A stretch of DNA of 64,000 nt from the NCBI GenBank assembly GCA_039545335.1, contig BCIN01000004.1:1540925-1604924 (forward strand). The letters run 5' to 3'. A program made the translations under genes and the position numbers. Each line of letters opens with the position of its first letter. The first letter of the stretch is position 1. This DNA comes from Kondoa subrosea. Lineage: Eukaryota. Of this stretch, positions 1 to 13,881 are shown in pieces. Under the pieces are notes generated by a model. The model worked only from the letters and a program-made list of their open reading frames with translations, made no database searches and was not told where the DNA came from.

Positions 1-2121
1 GATCGAGGATTCGACCGCGGAAAGCATTGAGTTCTCTGATCGTCCGCCGTGTTTCGATATCTACGATTCGGACGACCATGTCTTCGCAAGTGACAGCTAA
101 TAGGTTGTTATCTCTGTTGAGTAGCATAGAAGTGATGCCCGCCGGCAGTGAGTGAGGTTTCTGAATGAGTTTGGTTGTATGAAAGTCGAAGAACTGTCAT
201 GAGACTTCAATTTCCGAACCTTACTGATAGTTGATTCAGGCGCTCACAAATAGATTCCCAGCTAAAGTAGAAACAACAAGACTTTTGTTGAGCGCATCGA
301 GCACTATACCGGTTATATGCGAATCTCTCGAAAGATTTTGGACGTCCGGTAAAGTGAATGTCCGCCTTCTGATACCGGATTGCATGTTCCAGAGACCAAT
401 TTCAGGCGAGTTAGCGAATCCAGCGAGGCCAAAATTCCCACAAGCAGAAATGCAGATCGCCTGTTCGTCCAACAAAAACATCAATCGAGTGACAATCTCA
501 CTTATGATGTGATGAAACGAACAGTAGCGTTCCCAGCTTCACCACTCTTATCTAATGCATTCTTCCCACTCCCGCTCTTCTTGGACTTTGTATCCATATT
601 GGAGAAATTGTAATCGCCTTTCCTCTTGTTTGCAGTGGACCAACTTCTAGCCGTTCCTTCGCCTTGATGAGTAGTAAGCATATCATCCCAGTCCCTACTT
701 CTAGCTTCCGAAAACGATAAAGAAGTAATAGGTGGAAACCGATGTGCAAAAGAAGAAGATTTAACTTTTTTCTTTGTACTTGCTAATTCGAAAGATCTGG
801 AATCTCTAACGATTGAAGTAGATCTTAAAGCTTGATCACCTTCTCCACCAGCGGTTAAAAGAGTTTTCCCATCTTTACCAAAATATCTAACAAGACAAGG
901 TGGTGCTTGATGACCTGATCTTTCTCTTAACAATCTGGCTGGAGTAGTAGGTGAATCAAAAATCCATTGACGTAAAGCGTTGTCTGAACCGGAAGTGACC
1001 ATGATTGGTTGACCAGGTAAGAATTGAACGCTACCAACTGGTGATGCATGAGCTTTCATTGTATGTAGCAATCGACCTGGAATCAGATCATCTTCTGGAC
1101 CTGTATCCAAATCCCAAAGAGCTATTGATCCATCGGAAGAAGCTGTTGCTAGAGTATGTGCGAGGTTATCGGTACGGAAGGAAATGGAAGTGATACCGTC
1201 TGGAGTAACTGTATTCTGGGATGCAGAAGGAGTGAAGTCCATCTTGAGGTGAAGAAGAGTTTCGCCCAAGCGAATGTCTTTGACAATGATATCGCCTGTT
1301 GTATATCCTACTGCTACTACATCTACAGCTGGTGATTGGGCAAGAGAAGTGATTGACGCTTTGTCCAGTTCAGCTTCGTATGTATGTATAAGAGAACTAG
1401 TCGAAGCGAGTCAGCCTATGTTCTGCTGTATTTGATCGGAACATACCAAGTTTGAATGTTCCACAAAGCAAGAGCGCCTTCTCTAGAGCTAACTAGAACT
1501 TTGTTGAGATAGGTAGCGGGATGTATGACTCCATTTGCGGTGAAACCAGAAGGGAAAGTAATTGTCGTATGTAACTCTTTGAGCATCCCAAGCGTGAGAA
1601 AAGTAGATAAGAACTCGGCTAAAGATGGACTCACCACCACTCTCTATATCCCAAATCCACATTTCTTCCCCTGAAGCATCCATAGCGAGCATTTTATCTC
1701 CCAAAACCAAAAGTTTGCTGATCTTCTTGTTCTTCGAAGAACCAGCAGGGATAGTCAACTTGGCTATCCTTTTCCCCCTCAAATACTGATACACGCTATC
1801 ACCACTTGCAGCCCAAACATAATCCCCATTAAGCTCAACAGACGAAATGTCCTCATCACCATCTACAGCTGGACTTCCAACAAAACGCAACAGAATAGAT
1901 TGACCAGACCAGAGTGCCCAACTTTGTCCGGTGCATGTTAAGTAAGAGAATTCAGCTTTGTGTTGTCCGCGAGCTGTACGAAGTTGATAGGCAAAGGGTA
2001 CATGAGTTGAAATTAAGCCTAGAGCACGGAAAGGTGCAAAGAGCTGAGTGGAATGTTTACTGCTAGATGGAGTATCATCCAAGCGTGCTCTCTTGCGAGC
2101 TCGAGTGGTATCAGCAGTCAT
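1..2121 (-). CDS. UTP21: U3 snoRNP / SSU processome WD40 protein Utp21 (WDR36), multi-exon, runs off the window edge (3' part missing)
   Basis: Spliced translation has LFAPFRALGLIS, HPATYLNKVLV, SPAVDVVAVG, GQPIMVTSGSDNALRQWIFDS and RERSGHQAPP, all typical of Utp21. ATG at 2121 (MTADTTRARKR). Confidence 0.93.
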
Positions 2122-2579
2122 CGTTGCGCTATGAGCAGCAAGACCTTCGCAAAAAAATTGAAAATGCTTCTTCTTCTTGACCATCATCTTTCTGGTTCTC
2201 TCGCCTGTTTGAGGCCTGGGAAGCAGTCACTCTTCTCTATCACCACGTAAGTACACGCTCTCTTTCTGTACTTCAGCATGTCCCAAACTGTAAAGATTCG
2301 AGAATCTTATCCCTGTCAGACAGAGCAGACAAGTAAAATTGTGCTGCTCAAACTGTTGAGGAACCTAGAAGTAACTAAAATATTCATATGAACAGCCTTC
2401 CAATTCCCATGATTGACAAAGTCACGCATGTCGGCAGAAGTACTGATTAGCTTTTCGTGCTTTTCACAGGATTGCTCATTCTGGAACTGCAAGTGTAAGA
2501 ATGAGGGTAGATCATGTAATGCATATCTCTCGTATGATAAATGGAATAATGCTTGTTCACAAAATCAAATCAGGTCAAA

Positions 2580-3268
2580 TTATGAGACATCCAGCTGAGC
2601 AGCTTTGAAAGCTTTCTCATCTTATTCCCAGTATCAGCATACCACTCACTGAATATACATTGAAACAGCTGACCTTCCCTGAACTCCAGATAAGCCAAAC
2701 CGAGAGCCAGAAAAAAGGTCTTATCCAAGTCGAAAAGCTTCGTCTTGCTTTCATTGAGGTAGAAATTACCAGAAGTATGAAGCGAGAGTGGACTGACATT
2801 ACTGGAGTTAAGCTACTTTTAAGGAAAAAAGAATAGAAGTCTGACCTACCCTGATGTCTCTTCAAACCGAAGCAGTTCACTTTCTGGGCCTTCATCGATC
2901 CATATCAGAGAGACTGGTATCAAGTCATTAGAAAGAGTATGTCAGCAAATCGACGGAAGCTTACAAGTGTTTTGTCGATTACTACGCAATAAGATCAAGA
3001 CCACGATCCGAGATATAAAATGAAAGGAAATTTACCTGAACAGTGATGTGACATGCGACAAAGACCTACCTAAATGATCAACAAATTCATGGACGCGGCT
3101 CGAATGATTCACTGACAATCGATTTGAGCTAGCCCTCTTTGCATGACTCGGCAAATGAGGTTGAAGAAGAAGTCGTTGCTTTTTAGCAGTCCCTTTTAGA
3201 CCAGCTACTTGACATTCTACCAATGCTTGAAGATGTACTGTCAATCTAGCTAGGTAAGGAGAAGACAT
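2580..3268 (-). CDS. Hypothetical multi-exon protein; frame and 5' end uncertain
   Basis: Run of well-formed GT-AG introns between 2620 and 3035. The last exons can read TFFLALGLAYLEFREDEKAFKAAQLDVS*. No family recognised. Confidence 0.4.
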
Positions 3269-4115
3269 GAAAGAAGAGGAAGGTGAGGAACGAACGAGGA
3301 GATTCGCTAGATGGTTTCAATTGAACTGCTACAGTACCAGACCGTATCTGCAAGTACCCTGATCATTGATAGAATAATGTTACTAAGCGACAAACTTGAG
3401 CTGTAAAGCGACAAACTTACATCCCTTGAGCGGTTTATGTATACTCCATAAGAACAATTGCCTGTCGAAAGCCTTTGTCTACTTGAGCTTCGAATGTAGA
3501 ATTCAGCTGAATGGCAAAGCACCTGAATCGTTTCGACAACTTCTTCCTCTTCTAAATGTCTCGTCTGTGCATGTACTATTAGCATGTCTGCAAGCTCAGC
3601 GATGGCGTAGCATACCTTCACATAAGTAGGCTTATCATCCAAAGAGATTGTGACAGTCTTTGAAGAAAGGTCACTGGAGCTAATGAACAGACATGCCTCA
3701 GCTATGCGCCGCTGTGACGAGGAAGGAAGAACCTTGAAGCGTGGTACTTTATGTAGCCTTCTAACATGAAGGCAACAGCTGTCTGATAGCCTTGAAGGGC
3801 AAGTTGGATATAATCGAGCACAACAAACAAGAGGAGACGCGCTTGCTGGTTAAGCTGCTGAGCTACTTCTACAGAAGCCGTCCGAGCACAGCAGGCCGTA
3901 GACCGTAGACAGGTCTATGTATGTAGAGGAAGAGCGGAGTCGCTGTAAGAGCATGACGAGATGAACGTAAATTTCTAAAGGCCGCGGTTGCACGAACAAG
4001 TTGGCACGAGTTTTCTACGAGCGGAAGCGTCTGCATTGTGCTAGCTCATCCGGAGATCAGTGTACATTGTGAATCTTCCAAGACCACCTTCATTCATCTT
4101 ACTTTCCCTGCCCAA

Positions 4116-6533
4116 TCACCAGTCAGTGCCAGCACCTTGCAAGAAATCAGCTAGCTTGTGTTTTGTTGCGCCATCGTAGATAGCAAGATCGGCTCTAGCT
4201 TCTTCCGCTTGAGCGACAATGAGGTCTGCAATCGCTTGCGATCGTGGGATGAAACGGGCCTCAAAGGGTTGCGGTCTAGCATGTAATCAGTACCAGGTCT
4301 GATCAGTATAAGGAAGAGATCTACCTCATGTTCTCAGAATCCCTAGATCAACGCAATCAGTTATGTACGGACGCAAAGAGAACAATTGAGTACGTACGTG
4401 TATGCAAAAATGTCAAGTTTCTGCTCTTGGCCCTGTAAAGCAAGTAAGGTGAGTGTCTGATGTCCTTATGGGCTGAAAGGCTTACTTCCGAATTAAGTTG
4501 TGGTCGGATATTGTAGGCCCATAAAATGCGAGCAAAAGTCAAGAAAAGACCTTGCATTGCCAGCGGTTGCTACGATAAACAATTAGTTGAGCTGGCTTGT
4601 GCGTCAGAGAGCAGACCTACTCCGCTGCAACTACCAAAGCAAATTTCGTAAGCGTAGATTCGGCCAAGAAGATCAAAAAATAGCTTACATTCGTTTCCCA
4701 AAGCCAAAAGAAGAAATACCGTTGGCATTAGGATATCGCCGATACAATGGAGAATCTGGAGAGAATCGTTCTGGATGAATTTCGTCCGGCAAAGGGAATT
4801 GCTCTGGATCTCGATGCTATAATAACCGATATCTGAGCTGGATCATACTTTGTTCATCGAACAACTTACTATTCCCCACAGATTTCCGGTTATGGTCGTG
4901 CCTTTGGGAATCTTTGGCAGTCAAGCAGCGTAAACATGAGCGAACAGAAATTGCTACTGAGGAAACTCTTGACTTACCAGATAACCACGATAGACGTCAT
5001 CTCGAGTCGGAGCATGGGGAATACCAGATAGAATTGCAACAGCTGATATGAAAGTCATCTTAGCAATAGGAACACGAAAAAAAGCGGCGCTTACATCTCC
5101 ACCTCAGCACTTCCTTTACTAAAGCCGAGACGTATGGCAACTGGTCTTCGTGATCAGGCATTCTTTCGTGCCCAACAACTTCATCTATCTCGGCCTGCGC
5201 CTTTGCTTGAACATCTTGCGACACTGCCATTCCGAGAATGAAAGAAATCATCGTTGCGCTTGTTGTGTCGACGCCTGATAGTTCACCTGAGTCTCGCATA
5301 TCTGAAAAAGGGAAGTAAGACCAAACCTCCTCCAATGATATTCAATGTGAAAGTTGCTGCAAGCAAATCAGCCAAGGTTTCCAATGCTTCAATCAGGAGA
5401 ACTCACAGATCTCATCATTCTTCAATGACTCGCTCTTTTGCGCTTTCAGCAATCGCTTGGCAAAGTTGTCCTCTTGAGCTTCAGCGCCTTCTTTTGACAG
5501 CGAGTAAAAGAAACGAAAGATAGCTTGTCCGACGCTGTTGAGATCTGTTGGAAGGGCATAGATCCAGCGCGGAAGTTTTGCTAGTTCAGGAATAGTTTCC
5601 GCCATATCTGTTCAAGACAATAAGAGCGGCACTATATTCTTTGCGGAGGGACTTGCATTGACCCGGCACTACAATGATACGAATCAGAGGACTGGAATTG
5701 AATCTGGTTTCCAAAAAAACTCACATATCTGATCTACCGATTCCATGAATTTAGCAGCTGTTTGAGCAATCTCATCTCCAGTATTTGCAATGCGTCTTCC
5801 CCAGGAGATGATAGACACGATCGATACTGAATATCTTTCGATGGATTGAACATAGTCTTTCGGTTTCTTCAATAGGTCTAACAGCATGAGCTTAGATTCG
5901 TTGCTTTGGGCGTCTCGATGTCCTTTGACTGCTTGAATACCAACAGCTGTATGCATTAGTCTTCGGTGTTGTCTCCAATGATCATTATAAGGCAGAACGA
6001 CCTGTAGAGGTGCATTAACGCGAGACAATACGCTGACGGAGAGCCGAAGCTACCTGATCAACACCCGTTGAACCTCTCAAATCTCCCATGACTACCATCA
6101 ATGGTCTGTCGCTGTATATATCGGCCCGTTTCTCCATCAGATCACAAGCTGTAGTCGCATCGTTTGTGTAGATGAATGGTCTGCGCCCGACCCAGACTGT
6201 CAACAGAGGGTTGTTGTAGTATTTTGACCAATCAGCGAAAGCGATCCCTGTTCAGAAATCCCTATCAGCTTATTGCTGAATGACATTCTGCTTCACTGAC
6301 ATGGCTTCGACTTTGGGATAGAGAAGTGATTGCCAACTTTGAATATAACGTAAGCTTGCACCTCAAGTGCTCAAGTAGGTGTACGAACATAAAGGCCAAG
6401 GGAATGGTCCAGGCGGCAGTTGAGCTCGCAGTCTAAGAACCTTGACATATCCTTGCAGCACCCAAGCGAAGAATAAAACGAAGGGAATCGAGATAGCAAC
6501 ATATATCTGCAGCTTGAGATTGTCTTCAGCCAT
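4116..6533 (-). CDS. Cytochrome P450 monooxygenase (many exons)
   Basis: N-terminal TM helix then LPPGPFPWP, I-helix GGVDTT, K-helix EVLRWR, HPERF and spliced heme motif FGFGKRICSGQPLA. Stop after ...GAGTDW at 4116. Confidence 0.95.
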
Positions 6534-7005
6534 TCTGCGGCTCTTGGGGTCGTCTCAGTGCAACGATTGGCATTGTATCGGCCATTTCAACTATCTGCGG
6601 AGAGGAAGATGAATTTTGCCATTGCCGCTTCCCGCTCCAGAGAAAACTGCTGAGAGCATCGAGGGAAGGGTATCTCATATGACGGAACCCAGGAGTTGTG
6701 TACAGAAGAGCTTTAGATGAAAGACAAGCGGGATCCTTCAACCATATTTTTCCCGATAGCAGTCTGTTCGTTCGCAAAGGCAAAGCGCACGAGTAACAGA
6801 TTTGACAGAGATACGGGTATGCGGCATGAACAGAGGTCGAATCTGTTTGAAAGGTCGTTGTCAAAGAACAAAAAATACATTATGTAATCCCACGCCAGAA
6901 ACCACTGAATACACCCTGTAATTGGCTGCTGGCAAAGCCCAACCGAGTATCCCATTCATCACACTATACAGCCACTTAACAGTCCTGCACGCTCCCTCCA
7001 CAGGC

Positions 7006-10000
7006 TTACTTAGTTACTTCATCGGTTCTGATGGAAGCTGGTCGAGATGTATTGTGGGTTCTGTCAGCTTCCTTGTCCTCAACCGGACTATTCTTCAAAT
7101 GGATAGCGGTGTGATTTGTAAGGAGATGCGATACATCTGCAAGAATAGATGAGCGAACAGATTTGCAGCAGATGAGCACTCTTGACTTACCGACAAGGAA
7201 GAAAGCAGCGATTAGGGCTAAGACATTGAATGCAATTGTGCTGTAGAAGACTTTCTGAAAGATCAAGAACGGTCAAATATCAGCGAACAGGACTGATCGA
7301 ATAGGGTCTTTCGACATACGGAGAAAGCATAGCTGTAGGCGGATTTGAGAGCTTGCGATACAGCTTCTTCGACAGCTGGAGTAATTCCAGGCACTGATGC
7401 AAAGACACCTGGTACTCCCACTGCATTCTCGATTGTAGCTGGGATCAATGCTATGAAAAAGCAGATGAGCATCCCAAAACGACACTGAGAATTGTAGCTT
7501 ACCTGCCAGTTTTTCCTTTGTTGGCTCAAATCCTGCTCCTATAGCGGCGTCAATGATGCTCGGTGCGAGCTTCTGATCGACCACGCCGGATAAGATAGTT
7601 CCGAAAATTGCGTTCTATCGCAACAAGGATCAGCTGCACTCTGGCAAAGAAGGAGACAGTCTTACCCCGACAGAGCCTCCGGCAGACCTGAAGACTCCAA
7701 TCAAGCCGGAAGCCACACCTTCAAGGCAATATCATGAGCCAAGTCCAAGTGAGATAGAAGTCGCTCACCTAGATTCGCTTGTGGAACATTCAATCCAGCA
7801 CTATGGGATAGCGCGTAAGAGACGATTTGGGACAACAGAATTAGACTTACACAACATAGCAGAGCAAGGTGATGGCCGCAAAGCAACCCTTTTACGATCA
7901 AGTTTGGTCAGCTCAGACTTAGTTAGATAGATTTTTTTCATACTGACCTGTCCAAACATTTGGAAGATCATCCACGCGTACTTATGTCGACCTTCGACAG
8001 CATAACTATAAGCAATCGCACAGTGCTGATCAGCGCCGACGTGAAACTTTCAGAGAGTCTGGCTTACACATATAGACCGCAGAAGATGGTTTGGACCGCC
8101 AGAAGAACAATGAATTGGCCGCGCTGGAAAAAACAGATTAAGGCAAAACACTTATGATGAAAGACATTTTTCGCACAATTCGGCGTATTTTGTGTAACAG
8201 GGAAGGAATGATGAAACCACCAATAAGTTGTCCAAAGCCGTTCGGTAAACTGATGATACCGATCTCGGTCGGTTTCGAGGTGAAGATCCACTGATTATAG
8301 GTTTACATGAGCACCTGACCTGAAGAAGATATTTCAGGCTTACCAGTGTCGCTTGAGGCTGTCCAATCACCATTAGTTGGCTGAGAGTCATTCAAAGTAC
8401 AGACGTACAAGTAAGGCTGCCATAGAATAGCTGATTGCAAGAAATGTTAGTGGGACATCTGATAGAAGAAAGTTCAGACGAACAAGATCATTCCACTAAA
8501 GCTGATATATCAGCTTTGACAATACCAAAGGAACTTGTACATACGCTACGAAGACTATCGCCAGCAGTAAAGTGAAACCACGAATGTTTCTGAACAGTTC
8601 GAGAGGTAAAAAGGCATTCTTTGGCTTCTTGACAAAGTCCCAGACAAAGCACATCGCAAAGATAAACAATCCAGCCACGATAGGAGCAATGACAGATGCC
8701 TTTATCGTGTAACTTAAGTAAGAAGATCATGTGAGCAGTAACAGTGGTGCACATACCGATTTCCAAGCGTGGTTACTTTGCAAAGCATGAGAGGGCATTC
8801 GCGCAATCAATGCAATACTTACGGTTGACCGGCCCAACTTAAGCCAATGAGGAATACAGTCAATCCAGTACTGTATAGGAAGATTCCGACGAAATCGAGT
8901 TCGCTGACTTCTTGCCATCGCGTCTTGTTCTCGTCATGCTGAGGTCTTTCGGGCGGGAAGTACACGAAGAAGATACCAATGAAAGCCAGGGCGCTGTAGA
9001 TAATGGCCTTCAAAGCACCTGATGTGAGAACAGATGTTTGGTAAGTATGGGCTCGCTTACGCCATAATAAGCCCCTGGTGTAAGTTGATTAGCTCCTTCA
9101 AGGTGAACTCGGCGCCTGCTGTACTTACATCGCCAAGTAGCTGTCTCCAAGAATTTGCTGGAAGGCAAATTACATCAAGTTTGAATAAGAAGGGAATCTT
9201 GATGCTTACTATGCGATTAAGACCGCGAGGATACCCCACGGTGCGACAATCGCCAGCTCAGTGCAAGCCAGACCGACCCCGCGATATTTGACTGAATTCT
9301 TTTCAGCAGCTGACTTCATAAGCATAGCGGGACATACAAGGAAGCAGCTCAGGAATTCCGGCATATCTATACCGGCATGATGAGAGGGCGCAGAACACAG
9401 CAAATACTCGCAAGCTCACGCAACGAAGACACAGCCGCATCCAAAACCGATAATAGTACTTCCTGCAGCAACCTGTTTTCAACAGTCAGCCATTCGCTCA
9501 GAGACAGAAGTGTAGGAGAAAGAGAACGGACAGTGGTGGTTGATTTAGCAGTACAGGCAACAATAGCTCCAACAGTGACAAATGCTTGACCAGCAAGAAC
9601 AATATAACGTCTTCCGAAAATATCTGAAGTAATGCGAAGAAAATGAGCCAGATATACAGCGACCGTGAAAATAAGCAGAACCTGATAGATTGCCTGCAAT
9701 ACCGAAAGAAATAGAACTTGCAACAGACCAACCACTGGCGATCCAGCCAACATTGACAGTATCGCCAAGATCCGTTCCGATTTGAACAATGATTGCAGTA
9801 GGAAGCAAGAAGCCCACTGTAGAGCTGTTAGAAAGATGTAGCGGCTGAGACGAGGAGATCATACTAGATATAGGTGCAACAAAGCCAAGGGAAAGGAACT
9901 ACAAGTTGGGAAGTCAGCATAATGCATGACTGAAATGATCAACTTACGAGGATAGACAGAACAACTCGTAGAGTTAGCTTCTCTGGAGCATCGGGATTGT

Positions 10001-10115
10001 CTCGAAGAGCAACGACATGGGGAGATTCGAAATCAGCGTGTATCGCTTCATGATATTGTTCCCGGTCTTTCTCCAGATGCTGAACTTCGGCCTTCATTGA
10101 TTGCTGGCTCGCCAT
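7006..10115 (-). CDS. MFS transporter, fungal TRI12/ARN-like efflux family (many exons)
   Basis: Spliced segments WIASGWSVASSISF, SDIFGRR, YAGIPELLP.KYRG, YFPP.RPQ...LDFVG, VPQANLG...GLSGLIGVFRSAGGSVG and AYSYAF.KVFYSTIAF match 14-TM TRI12-like pumps. Confidence 0.88.
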
Positions 10116-11033
10116 GGTAGTTATCGGTCAACAGCTGTGCCCAATATGGAGCGCGATCGAGAATGGACAATAGGGTCAACTGAACAAGCTTACCTCGACC
10201 GTGGGGCTTCATTCGGGAAACAATTAATCCCCGGATTCCCCGTTGCTAAAAGTAAACCATTAGTCAGCATCTTGTCGGGAAGTCCATATCCGCAGGCCAT
10301 GACCGAATGAAGATAGTCTAAGTCCAGTGAGAGATACAGGAATCGGAAAGCATGAGAGAAGCAGGACACAGAAGCAGTGCAGAGATGTAGATCTTCGCTC
10401 GCTCAGGAAGCAGCAAATAACATACAAACTCAGAAGTGATCCGCACATAGCATCTGACGACAGGCCAGAGAACGCAATCCGGATGTAGGCATAAGGGAAA
10501 ATGCTCTTTTCTCTACAGGCGAAATATAGCTGCAAAGGTGCAACGGCAGAGCTTGTACAATACATTTGACCGTGATCATCGTGCGCGTAATCTGCTCAGC
10601 TCTTGTCAAGAAATTTGCAGTTTCACGAAAGTCGATAAGTAAAATGCTGGTCCGGTTTGCTGTCTTCTTTCTTCTGGGCTGTCCAGCACAAGAATACTGT
10701 CTCTTTGATTGACACAGCAGTCTTCTATTGGGTACTGAGACGCTATGACTCGTATCTTGATGCGAGAAGCGTGATATCATTCTTGTTAATGCACATCTGT
10801 CTTGTCCAGCCACTTCAAGAAATAGTAATATTGCGATTTATCGAAGGGTCCAAGATATTGGCCAAATCAGCCACGCAGGAGAAGAGAAAGAGAAAGAGAG
10901 CGGAGCCATGCTGAAATTCACGAGAAAGAAAGGTGGTGTGTCTGATGAAGAGGCTATTTGAGCTTAGCAAGATCGGGAGGGTTTGGATGATCTTGAGCTC
11001 GATGTTGGGTTGCAGCACAGAAACTGGATCAGG

Positions 11034-12212
11034 TCAGGACTTTGTGAAGCTCAAGTCGATTCCCCGTTCGATGCAAAGCTCCTGCTCAGAACCCTTCTCA
11101 GGAGTGCTAACGTAAGACAGAATATTAGAACGGACCTTGATGTCTGCCCTTTCAGAGACACTATACTCATCATTCACAATTTGCAACTTCTTCACCATAT
11201 CTCTCTTGCTAGCCCATCGCTCCAAAGCCAACAAAAGATAGCCAGCGGGCAACTCTTTAGGCCTTCGTAGTTCGATCACCTTGATGCCTGATCCAACATG
11301 CAACAGACTCTTCGCAGTGTACATCGGCGGGCATAAACAGATGGCCATGAGCTTAGGAAATTGAAGCAAGTATTCCGGGTCTAGAGCAGAATCTGGCGAT
11401 TTTGTGAAACATCCCATGGTAAGAATCCTGGTCAGGGAATTAGCAAACTTGAACAGAGATCTGATGATACCGGATGCTGTCAGATTAGTTGGATTACCAA
11501 GTCGGATAGTTGTCAGATGCGGAGAGTCGAGAGACTTTAAGAAGATGTCAAATCCGTTGTCGCCAACACCATTACACTTCCACAGTTGCAGATAGCTCAG
11601 CTTGGGCAATATTGAAGATGCTACGAAGATGTTCTCCGATGGACTGCCTTCGATGTCTCCAAGGCGCAGCGGTGACAGATTTGTCATCTCAGACAGAGCT
11701 TTATACATTTCGTCAAAGCTAAGCATTGCTGTTCCCTGGCCGAGCACTTCGATCCCGGAGCCGAATTTCAAGTCCCTGAGCTTCTCCAGCTGCACCAGGT
11801 TTTGTAGACAGACATTCTCGGCAAATGTGGGGATTGGCAAGCAAGAGACCTTCCGAAGGTCTTTGAGCAGGCATGTGAGTTGAATTGCGCATGATACGGC
11901 AAAGTCGTCTATCCTAGATTCGTAGCACTTGCTATATGTATTATCATTCAGTTGTGTATGAGCCAGCCTTTCTGCATCTGAGACTCACACAGCGAACTCT
12001 ACGCTTCTCACGCGTCCAATGTGTTCCACATTCCGCATCATGTGCATAGTAAAGCGAACGATTTGCTGCGGCGTCTGCAATTTGACATTCCTGTAAAGCA
12101 GCTTTGTCGAAATCGAGGCATTGAATGCTTTGCAGACCAGGGAACAATGAGCTAATTCATGCGTTTCCAGATGCTGGAATACGATGTAGCATAATTCAGC
12201 AGGCAGGTGCAT
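11034..12212 (-). CDS. F-box protein with LRR/RNI-like C-terminus
   Basis: N-terminal MHLPAELCYIVFQHL...LAHCSLVCKAF...LLYRNV is an F-box. Downstream ORF 11034-11840 has LxxLxL repeats (LPKLSYLQL, PHLTTIRL). The start may lie slightly further upstream. Confidence 0.75.
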
Positions 12213-12644
12213 CACTTCGGGCTTGCGTGGTGGTACAGAAGAACCCAAATTCGTTGCAGGAAACTCGACGTAGACAATGCATGCCTTCAAACTTCAAACT
12301 TCGACGTCAGATTCAGCTGTCTCTGGTTGTGTCAAAAACCTTCATGCAAGCTAAGCAGCACTCAGTTGCCTGATCAAGCGAAAAGATACATGAGAAGCAA
12401 ATGATCCTCAGAAATAGTATCAAATGGCCCATGCCACAAATGTCATCTGATCACCTGCTTCGTAGTTTGCTGCAGGAGCTGAGTTCTGTGGTTTCTTGCA
12501 GTCGGCAAAATAAGTTACGTAAGCAAGTCGAACCAATTATTTATTGGGAACAAGATCCAGAGCTATATCTTCCTTTCCCAGCGTCCACACTACTCTCAGC
12601 TCTCACTCTTCCAGCATTCCTCTACTTCAATTTCTAAAACCGCA

Positions 12645-13755
12645 TCACTTGTAGTTGATCATCTGCATTGGCCTTAAGCTAGCACATTCTCTAGTCAGAG
12701 ATATTACTCACAGGCCAATAAGCATGTTCAGGTCTATCGGGCTATCCAAGCCATCGTCAGCGTCCCAATTCTCTTATCATACAAGAATCAGACGAACCTG
12801 TTCTCCTAAAGACCACTTATGTTTCCTCAATGCAGGCGGTACAGGTCTACATTCACATAAACATTCTGATTTGATGATGTAGAGGAAGGAAAAAGGGAAG
12901 ACATACGGTAATTTGGTTGAAGAATAAAATGGAGTGCTTGGTTCACTCGAATACAATTCCGCCACTCCAGTAGTCGATCCCTGGGTTGTAAGTGCTGCTG
13001 AATCGGTAGTCGAATTACCAGAGGTGGGCGATGGTAGTCTGTAAATTAAAAACAACTATGACTGAGCTTTGTCGTAAAGCAAGATCAAGTGTTTTGATTT
13101 ACCCCATTTTAGCTGCTCCTTCTGGTGAGGCTACCAATAGCTGTGCCAGACCTTGTTGCGTAGTAACAGTCAATTGAGGGTACATTCTATTCCCGATCTT
13201 ACTATCAGCCCTTTTCATTTGCCTTGACCGAGGAAAACTCACCTTCGCGCATCTCGACCAAAATATGGGTTCTGAGCAACATCAGAAGCTGTCAGACGAA
13301 TCGAAATTCAGAAACTGCACAAGCAGCGGGATTTGAAAATCAAAGATTGTCTGACCTTTTGATGCTGGTTTAGCATATTTTGAATCTGTTCTTCCACCTG
13401 GAGGAATCGCTCTAACTAATTTCGGATCAGGTAGACCCTGTACATGACAACACAGAGAGTGCATCAGCCCAAGTTTGATGTGTCCAATTGTACAACGCAC
13501 GGAATTGATCGAACTGCATTCATGTCAAAGGCATCAGACCAGCCTTAATGCATGAGACAATAAAGAGCGCACGGGTTAACAGAGACTGCTTTCCTGAATT
13601 TCTCCCAGAAAGGTGATTTGACTCCAGCATGATATCTGTTAACAATTGTACCAAGTGTCAACAACGAGCTGGCAGCTGTACTCTAGAAGGAAGAATGACC
13701 TGAAGGGGTCATTTGAGAGTTTCTCTGCTAGCCTGCTACATTGTTTGAAAGCCAT
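12645..13755 (-). CDS. Mitochondrial complex I 21.3 kDa accessory subunit (NUZM/NDUFA7-like); first exon uncertain
   Basis: Spliced exons give SPFWEKFRKAVSVNPSINSGLPDPKLVRAIPPG...ASDVAQNPYFGRDARR.YPQLTVTTQ...HAYWPMINYK*, matching the fungal 21.3 kDa subunit pattern. Confidence 0.8.
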
Positions 13756-13881
13756 AATCGGGGTATAAGTGGTAGCAGGTCAAGAGGGGAATTGAGTGAT
13801 TATGAAGCGGGTCGACTAGATCACGAGTCACCAGATGTACAGTGGATACTATGCAATGCAAAGATGGAAACAGGGATTCTA

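Noticed and set aside
2530..2600. Possible C/D-box snoRNA (atgataa...ctga)
   Set aside because: Imperfect C box, no terminal stem, no guide complementarity that I could recognise, and it overlaps the probable 3' end of a minus-strand gene.
3300..4100. Short ORFs 3307-3642 (minus) and 3396-3629 (plus)
   Set aside because: No recognisable domain or exon chain; likely intergenic.
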